DNA of 24,087 nucleotides from a virus (Duplodnaviria; Heunggongvirae; Uroviricota; Caudoviricetes): IMG/VR virus record IMGVR_UViG_2648501223_000008; one strand, 5' to 3'. Shown piece by piece: positions 15,375 to 24,087 of this stretch (position 1 is its first letter; each line of letters starts with the position of its first letter). The notes under the pieces were generated by a model. It saw only the letters and a program-made list of their open reading frames with translations, ran no database searches and was not told where the DNA came from. The position numbers and the translations under genes were made by a program.

Positions 15375-15451
15375 TGGACCGCCACCGGGGACTCGAACCT
15401 CGCACACTCAACTTAAAGGGTTGACGCTCTTTCCTGATGAGCTAGTGGCGG
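15375..15451 (-). tRNA. Atypical tRNA-like gene (anticodon UUU, Lys-like, but C at position 33 and C1-G72 pair)
   Basis: 77 nt ccgccac-ta-gctc-atcaggaaa-gagc-g-tcaac-cctttaa-gttga-gtgtg-cgagg-ttcgagt-ccccg-gtggcgg-t-cca folds as a cloverleaf by hand with one T-stem mismatch; anticodon loop cctttaa lacks the near-universal U33. Confidence 0.4.
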
Positions 15452-15452
15452 T

Positions 15453-15528
15453 TGGTGGCCCTTGCTGGATTTGAACCAGCGACCTGGCGATTATGAGTCG
15501 CTCGCTCTCACCACTGAGCTAAAGGGCC
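15453..15528 (-). tRNA. tRNA with CAU anticodon (Met or lysidine-modified Ile2)
   Basis: 76 nt ggccctttagctcagtggtgagagcgagcgactcataatcgccaggtcgctggttcaaatccagcaagggccacca; anticodon loop ctcataa; resembles ileX/ileZ-type genes. Confidence 0.8.
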
Positions 15529-15633
15529 GGGCGCAGGATAATAACGTTACGAAATCAATGTTGCAAGCATTCAAAAATCACCCTTATCTCCTCCACCAGC
15601 GCATTCACCATGTCTATCCGAGATAAGTGGCAC

Positions 15634-15664
15634 AAAAAACCCGCTTGTGGGCGGGTTTTGTTTG
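15634..15664 (-). terminator. Bidirectional Rho-independent terminator about 70 bp downstream of the Q-like gene (candidate late terminator tR')
   Basis: stem cccgc (15640-15644) pairs with gcggg (15651-15655), extended by A/T pairs; A6 on one side and T4GT3 on the other. Confidence 0.55.
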
Positions 15665-15726
15665 CTTTTGCCATCACGTACAAAATCGGCAAAGTATCAG
15701 ATTTGCATGAATATATGCCTTTCAAT

Positions 15727-16416
15727 CTACTTTTGCAACACTTTGCTTTGAAAATGCCGTCTTTTTTTTGAACGTGTTCTCATTACAAACAATAAAGCCT
15801 CACTATCCAGTCGGTGAAAAATGTGTTTCATTGCAACCCAGTGACGAGTAAATGTTTTGGACCAGTTTTTAGTTGTCACTCCCGCCAGTAATGCCAGCTC
15901 CTGGTATTCATAACCTTCCCCACCAAAAAGTTCTGCTTTTACTGCCTGCGCCGCCAGCCAGATTAATTTTTTCAGGCGTTCCTGCGTTTTCCCTGCAATT
16001 TTTCTGGTACCGGATTGAGCATTAAATTCATTCCACGCCCACTGTGTTATCGCGATCTGATATTCCCAACAAATACTCCCGCTGTAACACCACAACAACC
16101 AGGCTTTATAGTGCTCTTCAAGAGACAGAACAGCCCGCCGCCACGATGATGTCGAAAACTCAACCGGACTGACCAGAGGAATTGACGTCCCCTTCGCCAG
16201 CGATTGCTTTCCCGGGATTGGTGGATTATCCCGCGTTATCATTTTTCCAGTCACTTCATCGCGGTACCGGATTTTTTTACGCCTGTAACGCCCTGTATCG
16301 AACATGGCATTCTCTTGCCAGGCTTCAAGCTGACCTTTTGTTGCCCCACTCAAATCAGCGGTGGCGATAATGAGCTGCTCACGCACAAACTGTAAATACT
16401 GGTTATTCATGCGCAC
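15727..16416 (-). CDS. Putative late-gene antiterminator Q-like protein (assigned mainly by position)
   Basis: 229-aa ORF between rusA and the terminator/tRNA/holin region, the slot occupied by Q in lambdoid phages; sequence itself not confidently recognised. Confidence 0.4.
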   Translation of the reverse strand: MRMNNQYLQFVREQLIIATADLSGATKGQLEAWQENAMFDTGRYRRKKIRYRDEVTGKMITRDNPPIPGKQSLAKGTSIPLVSPVEFSTSSWRRAVLSLEEHYKAWLLWCYSGSICWEYQIAITQWAWNEFNAQSGTRKIAGKTQERLKKLIWLAAQAVKAELFGGEGYEYQELALLAGVTTKNWSKTFTRHWVAMKHIFHRLDSEALLFVMRTRSKKRRHFQSKVLQK

Positions 16417-16772
16417 CCCAGTTCTGTGATTTTTATCCCCAGCCGCCCACCAGGAACGAGCTGACCGCGCACAATATTGATTTCATCAAACTGCTCGTCG
16501 TCTATAAGTAGTCCAGCATGCGTCAGCGCATCCAGCGGTGCCTTCAGGATATTATCCAGGTCACGACGGCGCTTATCCGGTGGCTCTGCAATAATCTTTA
16601 TCGCCAGCCTTCCGGACAGGTTTAATTTCAGTCGCTGCTGGCGAACAATTAGCGCCACATCACGGCGATAACGCTCACCGGCTTTTGATACAAAATATGT
16701 GCTGCCACGACGTCGCCAGTAGGTGTTCACCGTTGGCGGGTAAGGCAAAACAAATTCTATGCGTTCGGTCAT
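16407..16772 (-). CDS. rusA: RusA Holliday junction resolvase
   Basis: 121 aa with RusA-like features: N-terminal LPYPPTVNTYWRRRG, central PDKRRRDLDNILKAPLDALTHAGLLIDD, C-terminal GGRLGIKITELG. Confidence 0.85.
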   Translation of the reverse strand: MTERIEFVLPYPPTVNTYWRRRGSTYFVSKAGERYRRDVALIVRQQRLKLNLSGRLAIKIIAEPPDKRRRDLDNILKAPLDALTHAGLLIDDEQFDEINIVRGQLVPGGRLGIKITELGCA

Positions 16773-17831
16773 TTATGCTTTCCACTTCAGAACACCCGAA
16801 TTTCTCGCGTGCATTAAAAAACGAATCAGCAACAACAACTGACTACCGTGTTTTTCTTCAAAATCTTTTACCCCGGCGTGTAGTTCGTTATGGCATTTAC
16901 GACACAGCGGAATAACAAACAAATCGTCAGCCTTTGTTCCCATCCCTCCCAGTCCATGACCAATGATGTGGTGCGGATCATCTGCCTGATTGCCACACGT
17001 CATGCATTTCTGCGTTTTTACCCAGCGCGTGTATACAGGCATCTCTTCCCGTTGTGGTTTCTGGCGCTGGAGATACTGAGCCGGAGATTCCGGATCAACG
17101 GCAATGCTGACCACCGTCTCTTCCTGTGGTGGATTCTGTTGCTGGTGGGCGTGAGGCAGCGGCGCAAGATTTTTTGTGCGCTGCTTCAGTATGCTGGTGG
17201 CGGTCTGCTCTCCCGGCACGATGTCGCTTTCACGGTACATTGAGCGGATTTTTTCCGCACGCAACCCCAGCGAACGACGTAATACCGCTTCCGGTAGCGC
17301 GTCCGCCACCTGATTGCGGACCGCCCACCAGGATAATTCAGCCAGAGATAATTCACGCTCCTGCGTACCGCTTATTGCGTGACCGATGACGTCAATCATC
17401 CATGCTGACAGGTTTTGATGAGCAAGTTGCTCGAGTGATTCGGATGTCTGGTCACGCAGCTGGTTGTCGCAGTGCCAGCACAATACCATTGCGCCGGTAC
17501 CATAACGGTGAATGACGGTTTCGCTGTGATGATAATCGCCGTGTGGCCACTGGCAGGATTTAATATGGCGCAACAGCCAGTCAGACAATGCGCCAGCACC
17601 ACCAGCAGCACGAATCACCCGTGCGTTACTGAAAAACGGCAGCAATGTTTTGTCTTCCACTAGCGGCTGGCGAACGGCAGGAACGACCCCGGACGGCAGA
17701 TTACGCATGCTTTTCGGTTCCGGCTCCACCAGTACCCGGGTATTGTGGAATACCGGCATGGATTCACGACCGGGCTTAAGGACCACCAGCCCGAGTTCCG
17801 GAACCAGAACAGGTCGAAGTAATACCCGCAC
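16773..17831 (-). CDS. DUF968 (YdfU-like) prophage protein with C-terminal zinc-ribbon/HNH-like motif
   Basis: 352 aa; C-terminus CMTCGNQADDPHHIIGHGLGGMGTKADDLFVIPLCRKCHNELH; true start may be an internal Met. Confidence 0.65.
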   Translation of the reverse strand: MRVLLRPVLVPELGLVVLKPGRESMPVFHNTRVLVEPEPKSMRNLPSGVVPAVRQPLVEDKTLLPFFSNARVIRAAGGAGALSDWLLRHIKSCQWPHGDYHHSETVIHRYGTGAMVLCWHCDNQLRDQTSESLEQLAHQNLSAWMIDVIGHAISGTQERELSLAELSWWAVRNQVADALPEAVLRRSLGLRAEKIRSMYRESDIVPGEQTATSILKQRTKNLAPLPHAHQQQNPPQEETVVSIAVDPESPAQYLQRQKPQREEMPVYTRWVKTQKCMTCGNQADDPHHIIGHGLGGMGTKADDLFVIPLCRKCHNELHAGVKDFEEKHGSQLLLLIRFLMHARNSGVLKWKA

Positions 17832-17832
17832 A

Positions 17833-18111
17833 TTACCTCCAGATCCGTTGCTGGAATGTGCAGGACGGACGCGGTGGCCGTTCGGAATAAGGGAGCCTGA
17901 CGAAGATTATCCAGTGACGATAATCGAGACTGAGGGCTTTCTTAATCTCGTATCCGTGTCTGCGGTAGCGCTGAATCAGCCATTCAGCCTGTTCTTCGGT
18001 GCAGGGGTCGTGCTGATACCCGTCAGATTTGAATGCATGAGAACGCCGCCCGTGCCTGCTGGCAGGGGCGGCAGAGTTATCCGAATTGTAAAATTTGGTA
18101 TCGTGCGCCAT
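17833..18111 (-). CDS. Hypothetical small prophage protein
   Basis: ORF from MAHDTKFYNSDNSAAPASRHGRRSHAFKSDGYQ...; start uncertain, weak ribosome-binding site; placed after the hok terminator. Confidence 0.3.
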   Translation of the reverse strand: MAHDTKFYNSDNSAAPASRHGRRSHAFKSDGYQHDPCTEEQAEWLIQRYRRHGYEIKKALSLDYRHWIIFVRLPYSERPPRPSCTFQQRIWR

Positions 18112-18180
18112 CTGTTTTCTCTGCTGGCGCAGCAGGTGCCAGTTGTTCAGGCTGACGGATGGATTGTAAACCAGAACGAC

Positions 18181-18210
18181 CAGAAAAAACAAAACCCGCC
18201 GAAGCGGGTT
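18181..18210 (-). terminator. Rho-independent terminator at the 3' end of the hok transcript
   Basis: minus strand aacccgc-ttcg-gcgggtt followed by ttgttttttct. Confidence 0.55.
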
Positions 18211-18278
18211 AAGTGCGGGTGCGTTGAGGATGCCTGACACATCAGCGGTGGCGAGGGATTTCTCCCCCGCCGGGTCTC

Positions 18279-18434
18279 TTACTCCTCAGGTTCGTAAGCT
18301 GTGAAGACAGCGACCTCCGTCTGGCCGGTTCGGATTCGTACCTCGCAGAGGTCTTTCCTCGTTACCAGTGCCGTCACTATGACGGTTAAACAGATGACGA
18401 TAAGGGCGATTAACATCGCCTTTTGCTGCTTCAT
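18279..18434 (-). CDS. hokD: Hok/Gef-family type I toxin (HokD/RelF-like)
   Basis: 51 aa MKQQKAMLIALIVICLTVIVTALVTRKDLCEVRIRTGQTEVAVFTAYEPEE; strong AAGGAG Shine-Dalgarno-like sequence 9 nt upstream; an in-frame upstream extension (to 18491) may correspond to mok. Confidence 0.85.
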   Translation of the reverse strand: MKQQKAMLIALIVICLTVIVTALVTRKDLCEVRIRTGQTEVAVFTAYEPEE

Positions 18435-18693
18435 AGCCTGCTTCTCCTTGCCTTTCGGCACGTAAGAGGCTAACCTACATGTGTTCAGCATGGATTGAGC
18501 CTCAGATTAATGTTAAGCGTCTTGCAGGACGCGTAATGTTAACTGGGGCTTTTCTCTATCTGCCTTTTGGTGTTCATGCCTGAGACAGATAGCCTCAAGC
18601 ACCCGCAGTCATTCTACTTAACTAAGATTTCCCTGCAAACCGTTTTTGTCCGGCACAGTAAATATCCAACTAAACCAATAGCGTTCGCTGTAT

Positions 18694-18873
18694 TTACCGC
18701 CAGTATTCAATGCACATGACCGCCATGAACACCCCTAAAAAAAGGGCATTTATATGTCCAAACATTAATATCAAAACATCAATTTTTTCCATATACCTTG
18801 CTGTGAAGATGATGGGCATACATGATGCGAACAACCAGAACGCAACAAACAAAAACTGCAATGCGTTTTTCAT
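18694..18873 (-). CDS. Small two-helix membrane protein (59 aa), function unknown
   Basis: MKNALQFLFVAFWLFASCMPIIFTARYMEKIDVLILMFGHINALFLGVFMAVMCIEYWR; start chosen for the AGGGGGA Shine-Dalgarno-like sequence 4 nt upstream (track ORF starts at 18912); AT-rich. Confidence 0.45.
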   Translation of the reverse strand: MKNALQFLFVAFWLFASCMPIIFTARYMEKIDVLILMFGHINALFLGVFMAVMCIEYWR

Positions 18874-19085
18874 TATTCCCCCTACAATCAATGTGCAATA
18901 ACATTTAAACACACCTCAATTTGGCCGGACATATAAATATCTAAACCAGAAAAAATCACTTACATAGCGTTACAAACTCTTTAGTCTAAATACTCATCGT
19001 AAAACATTCCCCATACTTATCAGTCCGTTCCGCGCCAGGTAGCTTATTGCCTTATCTGGCAACCTATAATCAGGTTTCCGCTTTT

Positions 19086-19508
19086 TCAGTTGGCTGGTCG
19101 TTTAACCGACATAGTTAACCCATTAATCTGGTTGCCGGATGCTGGTGGATTTTCGCGTTTTAATTGTTCATAAAAGTGCACAGCTTTAACCAGTTCTTCT
19201 GATGTAACCGGGACTGGTGGGGCAGTGAATAAGGCCTGAATTTCATAGTTCGGCCTGTCGTTACAATCCTCTTTTTTCGGTACATATTTCCAGTCACCAA
19301 CCCACAACTCCCCCTGAGAGTCCATAACACCTTTTTTCACGTAGCGATATCGCCACGCTATCGGCTCTGCTTCCAGCGATGCCCGTGCAATTTTGAATAA
19401 CTCGCCCTCTACTCGCGCCATCCCTGAATTGGGGTGGCATTTCGTAATCGCTATTTTTAATTTGGCTTCTTCGATTAATTGTTCTTTTGTTAATTCAGTC
19501 ATTTTCAT
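19086..19508 (-). CDS. Hypothetical protein (140 aa), function unknown
   Basis: ORF MKMTELTKEQLIEEAKLKIAITKCHPNSGMARVEGELFKIARASLEAEP...; divergent from int; no family recognised. Confidence 0.5.
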   Translation of the reverse strand: MKMTELTKEQLIEEAKLKIAITKCHPNSGMARVEGELFKIARASLEAEPIAWRYRYVKKGVMDSQGELWVGDWKYVPKKEDCNDRPNYEIQALFTAPPVPVTSEELVKAVHFYEQLKRENPPASGNQINGLTMSVKRPAN

Positions 19509-19668
19509 TACCGCCCTGGTAATGCTGCCACCAGCGAAAATGGTTAATGGAAAACGGGCTTCCGTTCTATACCAATCGTAGTGGCAAACCGATTGTCAGC
19601 CGGGATCTATTTACCTGCAATAAAACTTTACCACCACGCGAGGTAGAGCCGAATTTTGGTGCGATCTG

Positions 19669-20694
19669 ATGGGAAGACGAAGGAAAAATCCTGAACACGA
19701 AAAATTACCTCCAAATGTATACCCAAATAAATATAGTTATGTATGGAAACCAACATCCAGAGAATCTGTAACACTAACCGCCATCAAGGATGGTTTAGCT
19801 GCTTTATGGAAAAAGTATGAGGAAACTGTAAATAATCGCGATCGTGCAATGACATTCGGTCGCTTGTGGGAAAAATTCCTCGCCAGCGCCTATTACAGTG
19901 ACCTCAGTCCAAGAACACAAAAAGATTATCTGCAACATCAAAAAAAGTTGCTTGCCGTATTCGGTAAGGTGCCGGCAGATTCCATAAAACCAGAACACAT
20001 CCGTCGATACATGGACAAGAGAGGGGAACAGAGTAAAACGCAAGCCAACCATGAAAAAAGCAGTATGTCCCGCGTTTACAGTTGGGGGTATGAGCGAGGG
20101 TACGTGAAGGCTAACCCATGTGCAGGTGTAAGTAAATTCAAGGCCAAAAACCGCGAACGATATGTAACCGACAAAGAATACCAGGCAGTATTAAGCGTTG
20201 CACCTCTTCCTGTTTTTATCGCAATGGAAATTGCCTATCTGTGTGCAGCGAGGGTTTCCGATGTGTTATCGCTGAAATGGGAGCAGATTGGAAACGACGG
20301 GATCTTTATCCAGCAAGGGAAAACAGGAAAAAAACAGATAAAAGCATGGAGTCCACGATTACAGGCGGCGATCGAAAAAGCAAAACAGTTACCAACATCC
20401 GCCTATGTAATCAGCAATCAATACGGCAACCGATATATGTACAAAGGCTTTAACGAAATGTGGGTAGAAGCAAGAAATCGCGCAGGCAAAATTTCAGGTA
20501 TTTTAACCGACTTCACCTTTCATGATCTGAAGGCGAAAGGAATTTCAGACTATGAAGGAAGCAGTCGGGATAAGCAACTTTTCTCTGGTCACAAAACCGA
20601 GGGGCAAGTGCTAATCTATGACAGGAAGGTTAAAGTTTCACCGACACTTGATGTCCCGTTACCTGAAAATATTCCAAGAAAATATTCCAAGTAA
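19669..20694 (+). CDS. int: Lambda-type tyrosine recombinase (prophage integrase)
   Basis: 341 aa; N-terminus MGRRRKNPEHEKLPPNVY like lambdoid Int; C-terminal HxxK...GHxxxxxxxxY box; ends 52 bp from the 3' end of tRNA-Ser. Confidence 0.85.
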   Translation: MGRRRKNPEHEKLPPNVYPNKYSYVWKPTSRESVTLTAIKDGLAALWKKYEETVNNRDRAMTFGRLWEKFLASAYYSDLSPRTQKDYLQHQKKLLAVFGKVPADSIKPEHIRRYMDKRGEQSKTQANHEKSSMSRVYSWGYERGYVKANPCAGVSKFKAKNRERYVTDKEYQAVLSVAPLPVFIAMEIAYLCAARVSDVLSLKWEQIGNDGIFIQQGKTGKKQIKAWSPRLQAAIEKAKQLPTSAYVISNQYGNRYMYKGFNEMWVEARNRAGKISGILTDFTFHDLKAKGISDYEGSSRDKQLFSGHKTEGQVLIYDRKVKVSPTLDVPLPENIPRKYSK

Positions 20695-20746
20695 TTCCAA
20701 GTGTGATTTTTGTCACTGACTTAATGATGTATAAGTGATTGAATTT

Positions 20747-20836
20747 TGGCGGAGAGAGGGGGATTTGAACCCCCGGTGGAGTTGCCCCCACTCCGGTTTT
20801 CGAGACCGGTCCGTTCAGCCGCTCCGGCATCTCTCC
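20747..20836 (-). tRNA. serU: tRNA-Ser (anticodon CGA)
   Basis: 90 nt ggagagatgccggagcggctgaacggaccggtctcgaaaaccggagtgggggcaactccaccgggggttcaaatccccctctctccgcca; long variable arm; anticodon loop ctcgaaa. Confidence 0.9.
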
Positions 20837-20929
20837 GTTCAGATGGTTGCCATGATGCCAGGAAATTTGGCATTTTAACAGTCCCTGTCCGTGCAATTTT
20901 GTTCAAGTGACGAGTTTGCGAGCAAAACG

Positions 20930-21727
20930 ATGATTAAGTGGCCCTGGAAAGTACAAGAATCAGCACATCAAACTGCCCTTCCCTGGCAGGAAGCACTATC
21001 GATCCCCCTTTTAACGTGTCTGACAGAACAGGAACAAAGCAAATTGGTCGCTCTTGCCGAACGTTTTTTACAGCAAAAACGGCTTGTTCCTTTACAGGGC
21101 TTTGAGCTGAATTCATTAAGAAGCTGCCGGATAGCACTTCTATTTTGCCTGCCCGTTCTGGAGTTAGGACTGGAATGGCTGGATGGTTTTCATGAAGTCT
21201 TAATTTATCCTGCGCCATTTGTGGTCGATGATGAATGGGAAGACGATATCGGTCTGGTGCATAACCAACGTATTGTTCAGTCAGGTCAGAGCTGGCAGCA
21301 AGGGCCTATCGTTTTGAACTGGTTGGATATACAAGATTCTTTTGATGCTTCTGGTTTTAACCTGATTATTCATGAAGTCGCTCATAAGCTGGACACCCGT
21401 AACGGCGATCGCGCCAGCGGAGTTCCCTTTATTTCGTTGCGTGAGGTTGCTGGCTGGGAACACGATCTTCATGCTGCAATGAACAACATTCAGGAAGAAA
21501 TCGAATTAGTTGGTGAGAATGCGGCGAGCATTGATGCTTATGCTGCCAGTGATCCTGCTGAATGTTTTGCCGTACTTTCTGAATATTTCTTTAGCGCCCC
21601 AGAACTTTTTGCTCCTCGTTTCCCTTCATTGTGGCAACGTTTCTGTCAATTTTATCAACAAGATCCTTTGCAGAGACTGCATCACGCTAATGATACAGAC
21701 TCGTTTTCAGCGACGAATGTTCATTAA
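20930..21727 (+). CDS. mtfA: MtfA (Mlc titration factor A, zinc-dependent peptidase family)
   Basis: [28 protein letters not shown]...; HExxH motif ([10 protein letters not shown]); track ORF starts 13 codons earlier, canonical start taken at MIKWPWK. Confidence 0.85.
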   Translation: MIKWPWKVQESAHQTALPWQEALSIPLLTCLTEQEQSKLVALAERFLQQKRLVPLQGFELNSLRSCRIALLFCLPVLELGLEWLDGFHEVLIYPAPFVVDDEWEDDIGLVHNQRIVQSGQSWQQGPIVLNWLDIQDSFDASGFNLIIHEVAHKLDTRNGDRASGVPFISLREVAGWEHDLHAAMNNIQEEIELVGENAASIDAYAASDPAECFAVLSEYFFSAPELFAPRFPSLWQRFCQFYQQDPLQRLHHANDTDSFSATNVH

Positions 21728-21780
21728 TTAACAACTTTGAAGATTAATTAACCAATTGAAATGGCTTATGAAATTTAGTG

Positions 21781-21810
21781 TTGACAGACAAGGTACCGCT
21801 AAGTAATATG
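21781..21810 (+). promoter_or_regulatory. Sigma70 promoter of the tRNA-Asn gene
   Basis: ttgaca (21781-21786), 18-bp spacer, taatat (21805-21810); about 18 bp before the mature tRNA 5' end. Confidence 0.6.
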
Positions 21811-21827
21811 CGCCCCGTTCTCACGAT

Positions 21828-21903
21828 TCCTCTGTAGTTCAGTCGGTAGAACGGCGGACTGTTAATCCGTATGTCACTGGTTCGAGTCCAGTCAGAGGAG
21901 CCA
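21828..21903 (+). tRNA. asnT: tRNA-Asn (anticodon GUU)
   Basis: 76 nt tcctctgtagttcagtcggtagaacggcggactgttaatccgtatgtcactggttcgagtccagtcagaggagcca. Confidence 0.9.
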
Positions 21904-22049
21904 ATTTTCTGTTTTCATGCATCCTTGCGAATCTTTATCTGATGTTGATTCAACAGGTTAGTGTGAAAACTCTTCTCGGTGCATTTTGATTTTACCCTAC
22001 GCATCGGGAAAAATTGGTGGTCAAATCTGGGATCAGGTTAGTTCGATAA

Positions 22050-23327
22050 TGGAGTGACCCCCATATATCCCTTACCGACGCAAAAATCCGCACCCTCAAG
22101 CCTTCTGATAAACCCTTTAAAGTCTCCGATTCTCACGGTCTGTATCTGCTGGTCAAGCCGGGTGGCTCCCGCCACTGGTATCTCAAATACCGTATTAGCG
22201 GTAAAGAATCCCGCATTGCGCTGGGTGCCTATCCAGCCATCTCCCTGTCTGATGCGCGACAGCAACGTGAAGGTATCCGTAAAATGCTGGCGCTGAATAT
22301 CAACCCGGTACAGCAGCGGGCTGCTGAACGTGGCTCACGAACACCGGAGAAAGTTTTTAAAAACATGGCGCTGGCGTGACATAAAAGTAACAGGAAATGG
22401 TCGCAGAACACCGCCGACCGTCTGCTTGCCAGCCTGAACAATCACATCTTTCCGGTCATCGGGAACCTACCTGTATCAGAACTTAAACCCCGTCATTTCA
22501 TTGACCTGCTGAAAGGGATCGAGGAAAAAGGTCTGCTGGAGGTTGCGTCCCGCACACGGCAGCACCTGAGTAACATAATGCGCCATGCGGTCCATCAGGA
22601 GTTAATCGATACGAACCCTGCAGCAAACCTTGGCGGCGTGACCACACCTCCTGTCAGACGGCACTATCCTGCCCTGCCGCTGGAGCGGCTGCCTGAACTG
22701 CTTGAACGTATTGGGGCATATCATCAGGGCCGTGAACTGACCCGGCATGCCGTTCTGCTGATGCTGCATGTGTTCATTCGCTCCAGTGAACTGCGTTTCG
22801 CCCGCTGGTCAGAGATTGATTTCACAAACCGAGTCTGGACGATACCCGCGACGCGAGAACCCATTATTGGCGTGCGTTATTCCGGCCGCGGGGCAAAAAT
22901 GCGAATGCCGCATATCGTCCCCCTCTCAGAACAGTCCATCGCCATTCTGAAACAGATTAAGGATATCACCGGTAATAATGAACTGATCTTCCCCGGCGAC
23001 CATAACCCGTATAAGCCAATGTGTGAAAACACGGTCAATAAGGCACTGCGGGTGATGGGTTACGACACGAAAAAGGATATCTGCGGTCACGGCTTCCGGG
23101 CAATGGCATGCAGTGCGCTGATGGAATCGGGTTTATGGGCAAAGGACGCAGTAGAACGCCAGATGAGTCATCAGGAGCGCAATACCGTGCGCATGGCTTA
23201 TATTCATAAGGCAGAGCACCTGGAAGCCCGCAAAGCGATGATGCAGTGGTGGTCGGATTATCTGGAAGCATGCCGAGAATCTTATGCACCGCCTTATACA
23301 ATTGGTAAAAATAAGTTTATCCCATAG
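22050..23327 (+). pseudogene. P4-type tyrosine integrase, disrupted (no in-frame start, premature TGA)
   Basis: frame encodes SLTDAKIRTLKPSDKPFKVSDSHGLYLLVKPGGSRHWYLKYRISGKESRIALGAYP... but has no ATG (upstream ATG is out of frame: atg gag tga); in-frame TGA at 22377-22379; the frame then continues to 23327. Confidence 0.8.
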
Positions 23328-23425
23328 TATACTAACGAATCCCACACTCTGGCAAATTACCACCACCTCTACAGGAGGTGGTTCTATATAGACTTTTATC
23401 AACTTCATGACGAAAAACACCTATT

Positions 23426-24087
<662 letters not shown>

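Noticed and set aside
17650-18237. 195-aa plus-strand ORF overlapping the small minus-strand gene and the hok terminator
   Set aside because: Ser/Thr/Arg/Gly-rich, low-complexity translation typical of an antisense frame; no start context.
19517-19530. 13-mer ggtaatgctgcca identical to the IS1 terminal repeat, just upstream of the 140-aa ORF
   Set aside because: Similarity to IS1 stops after 13-14 bp and there is no partner end; it could be a solo IS1-end footprint marking an old deletion, but too short to call.
23367-23390. Hairpin ccacctc-tacag-gaggtgg after the P4-type integrase pseudogene
   Set aside because: No T-tract follows, so it is not convincing as an intrinsic terminator.

Overview
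This 24-kb window reads as a Shigella/EIEC-type chromosomal accessory region: an IS-riddled, defective mosaic prophage next to the serU-mtfA-asnT backbone. All calls come from reading the sequence and ORF track by eye; no database search or folding was run. Left to right: a window-truncated IS1; a tail-fiber-assembly (Tfa) remnant; a low-GC cassette with a stand-alone class I SAM methyltransferase; an ipaH-family type III effector gene behind an exact MxiE box; a partial IS600 interrupted by a complete IS1; a minus-strand contractile-tail module (sheath, tube, frameshifted chaperone, tape measure) ending in a low-GC lipoprotein gene; a complete IS600; a truncated IS66-family element; a lambdoid late/lysis remnant (dual-start pinholin, four-tRNA cluster, Q-like gene, rusA, DUF968 gene, hok toxin); two orphan genes; a lambda-type integrase abutting tRNA-Ser; mtfA; tRNA-Asn with a decayed P4-type integrase; and a partial IS911-like element. 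No CRISPR array or rRNA was seen. The best candidates for undescribed function are the orphan gene pair between hok and int, the lipoprotein gene after the tape measure gene, and the methyltransferase cassette beside ipaH; none could be assigned a function from sequence alone.
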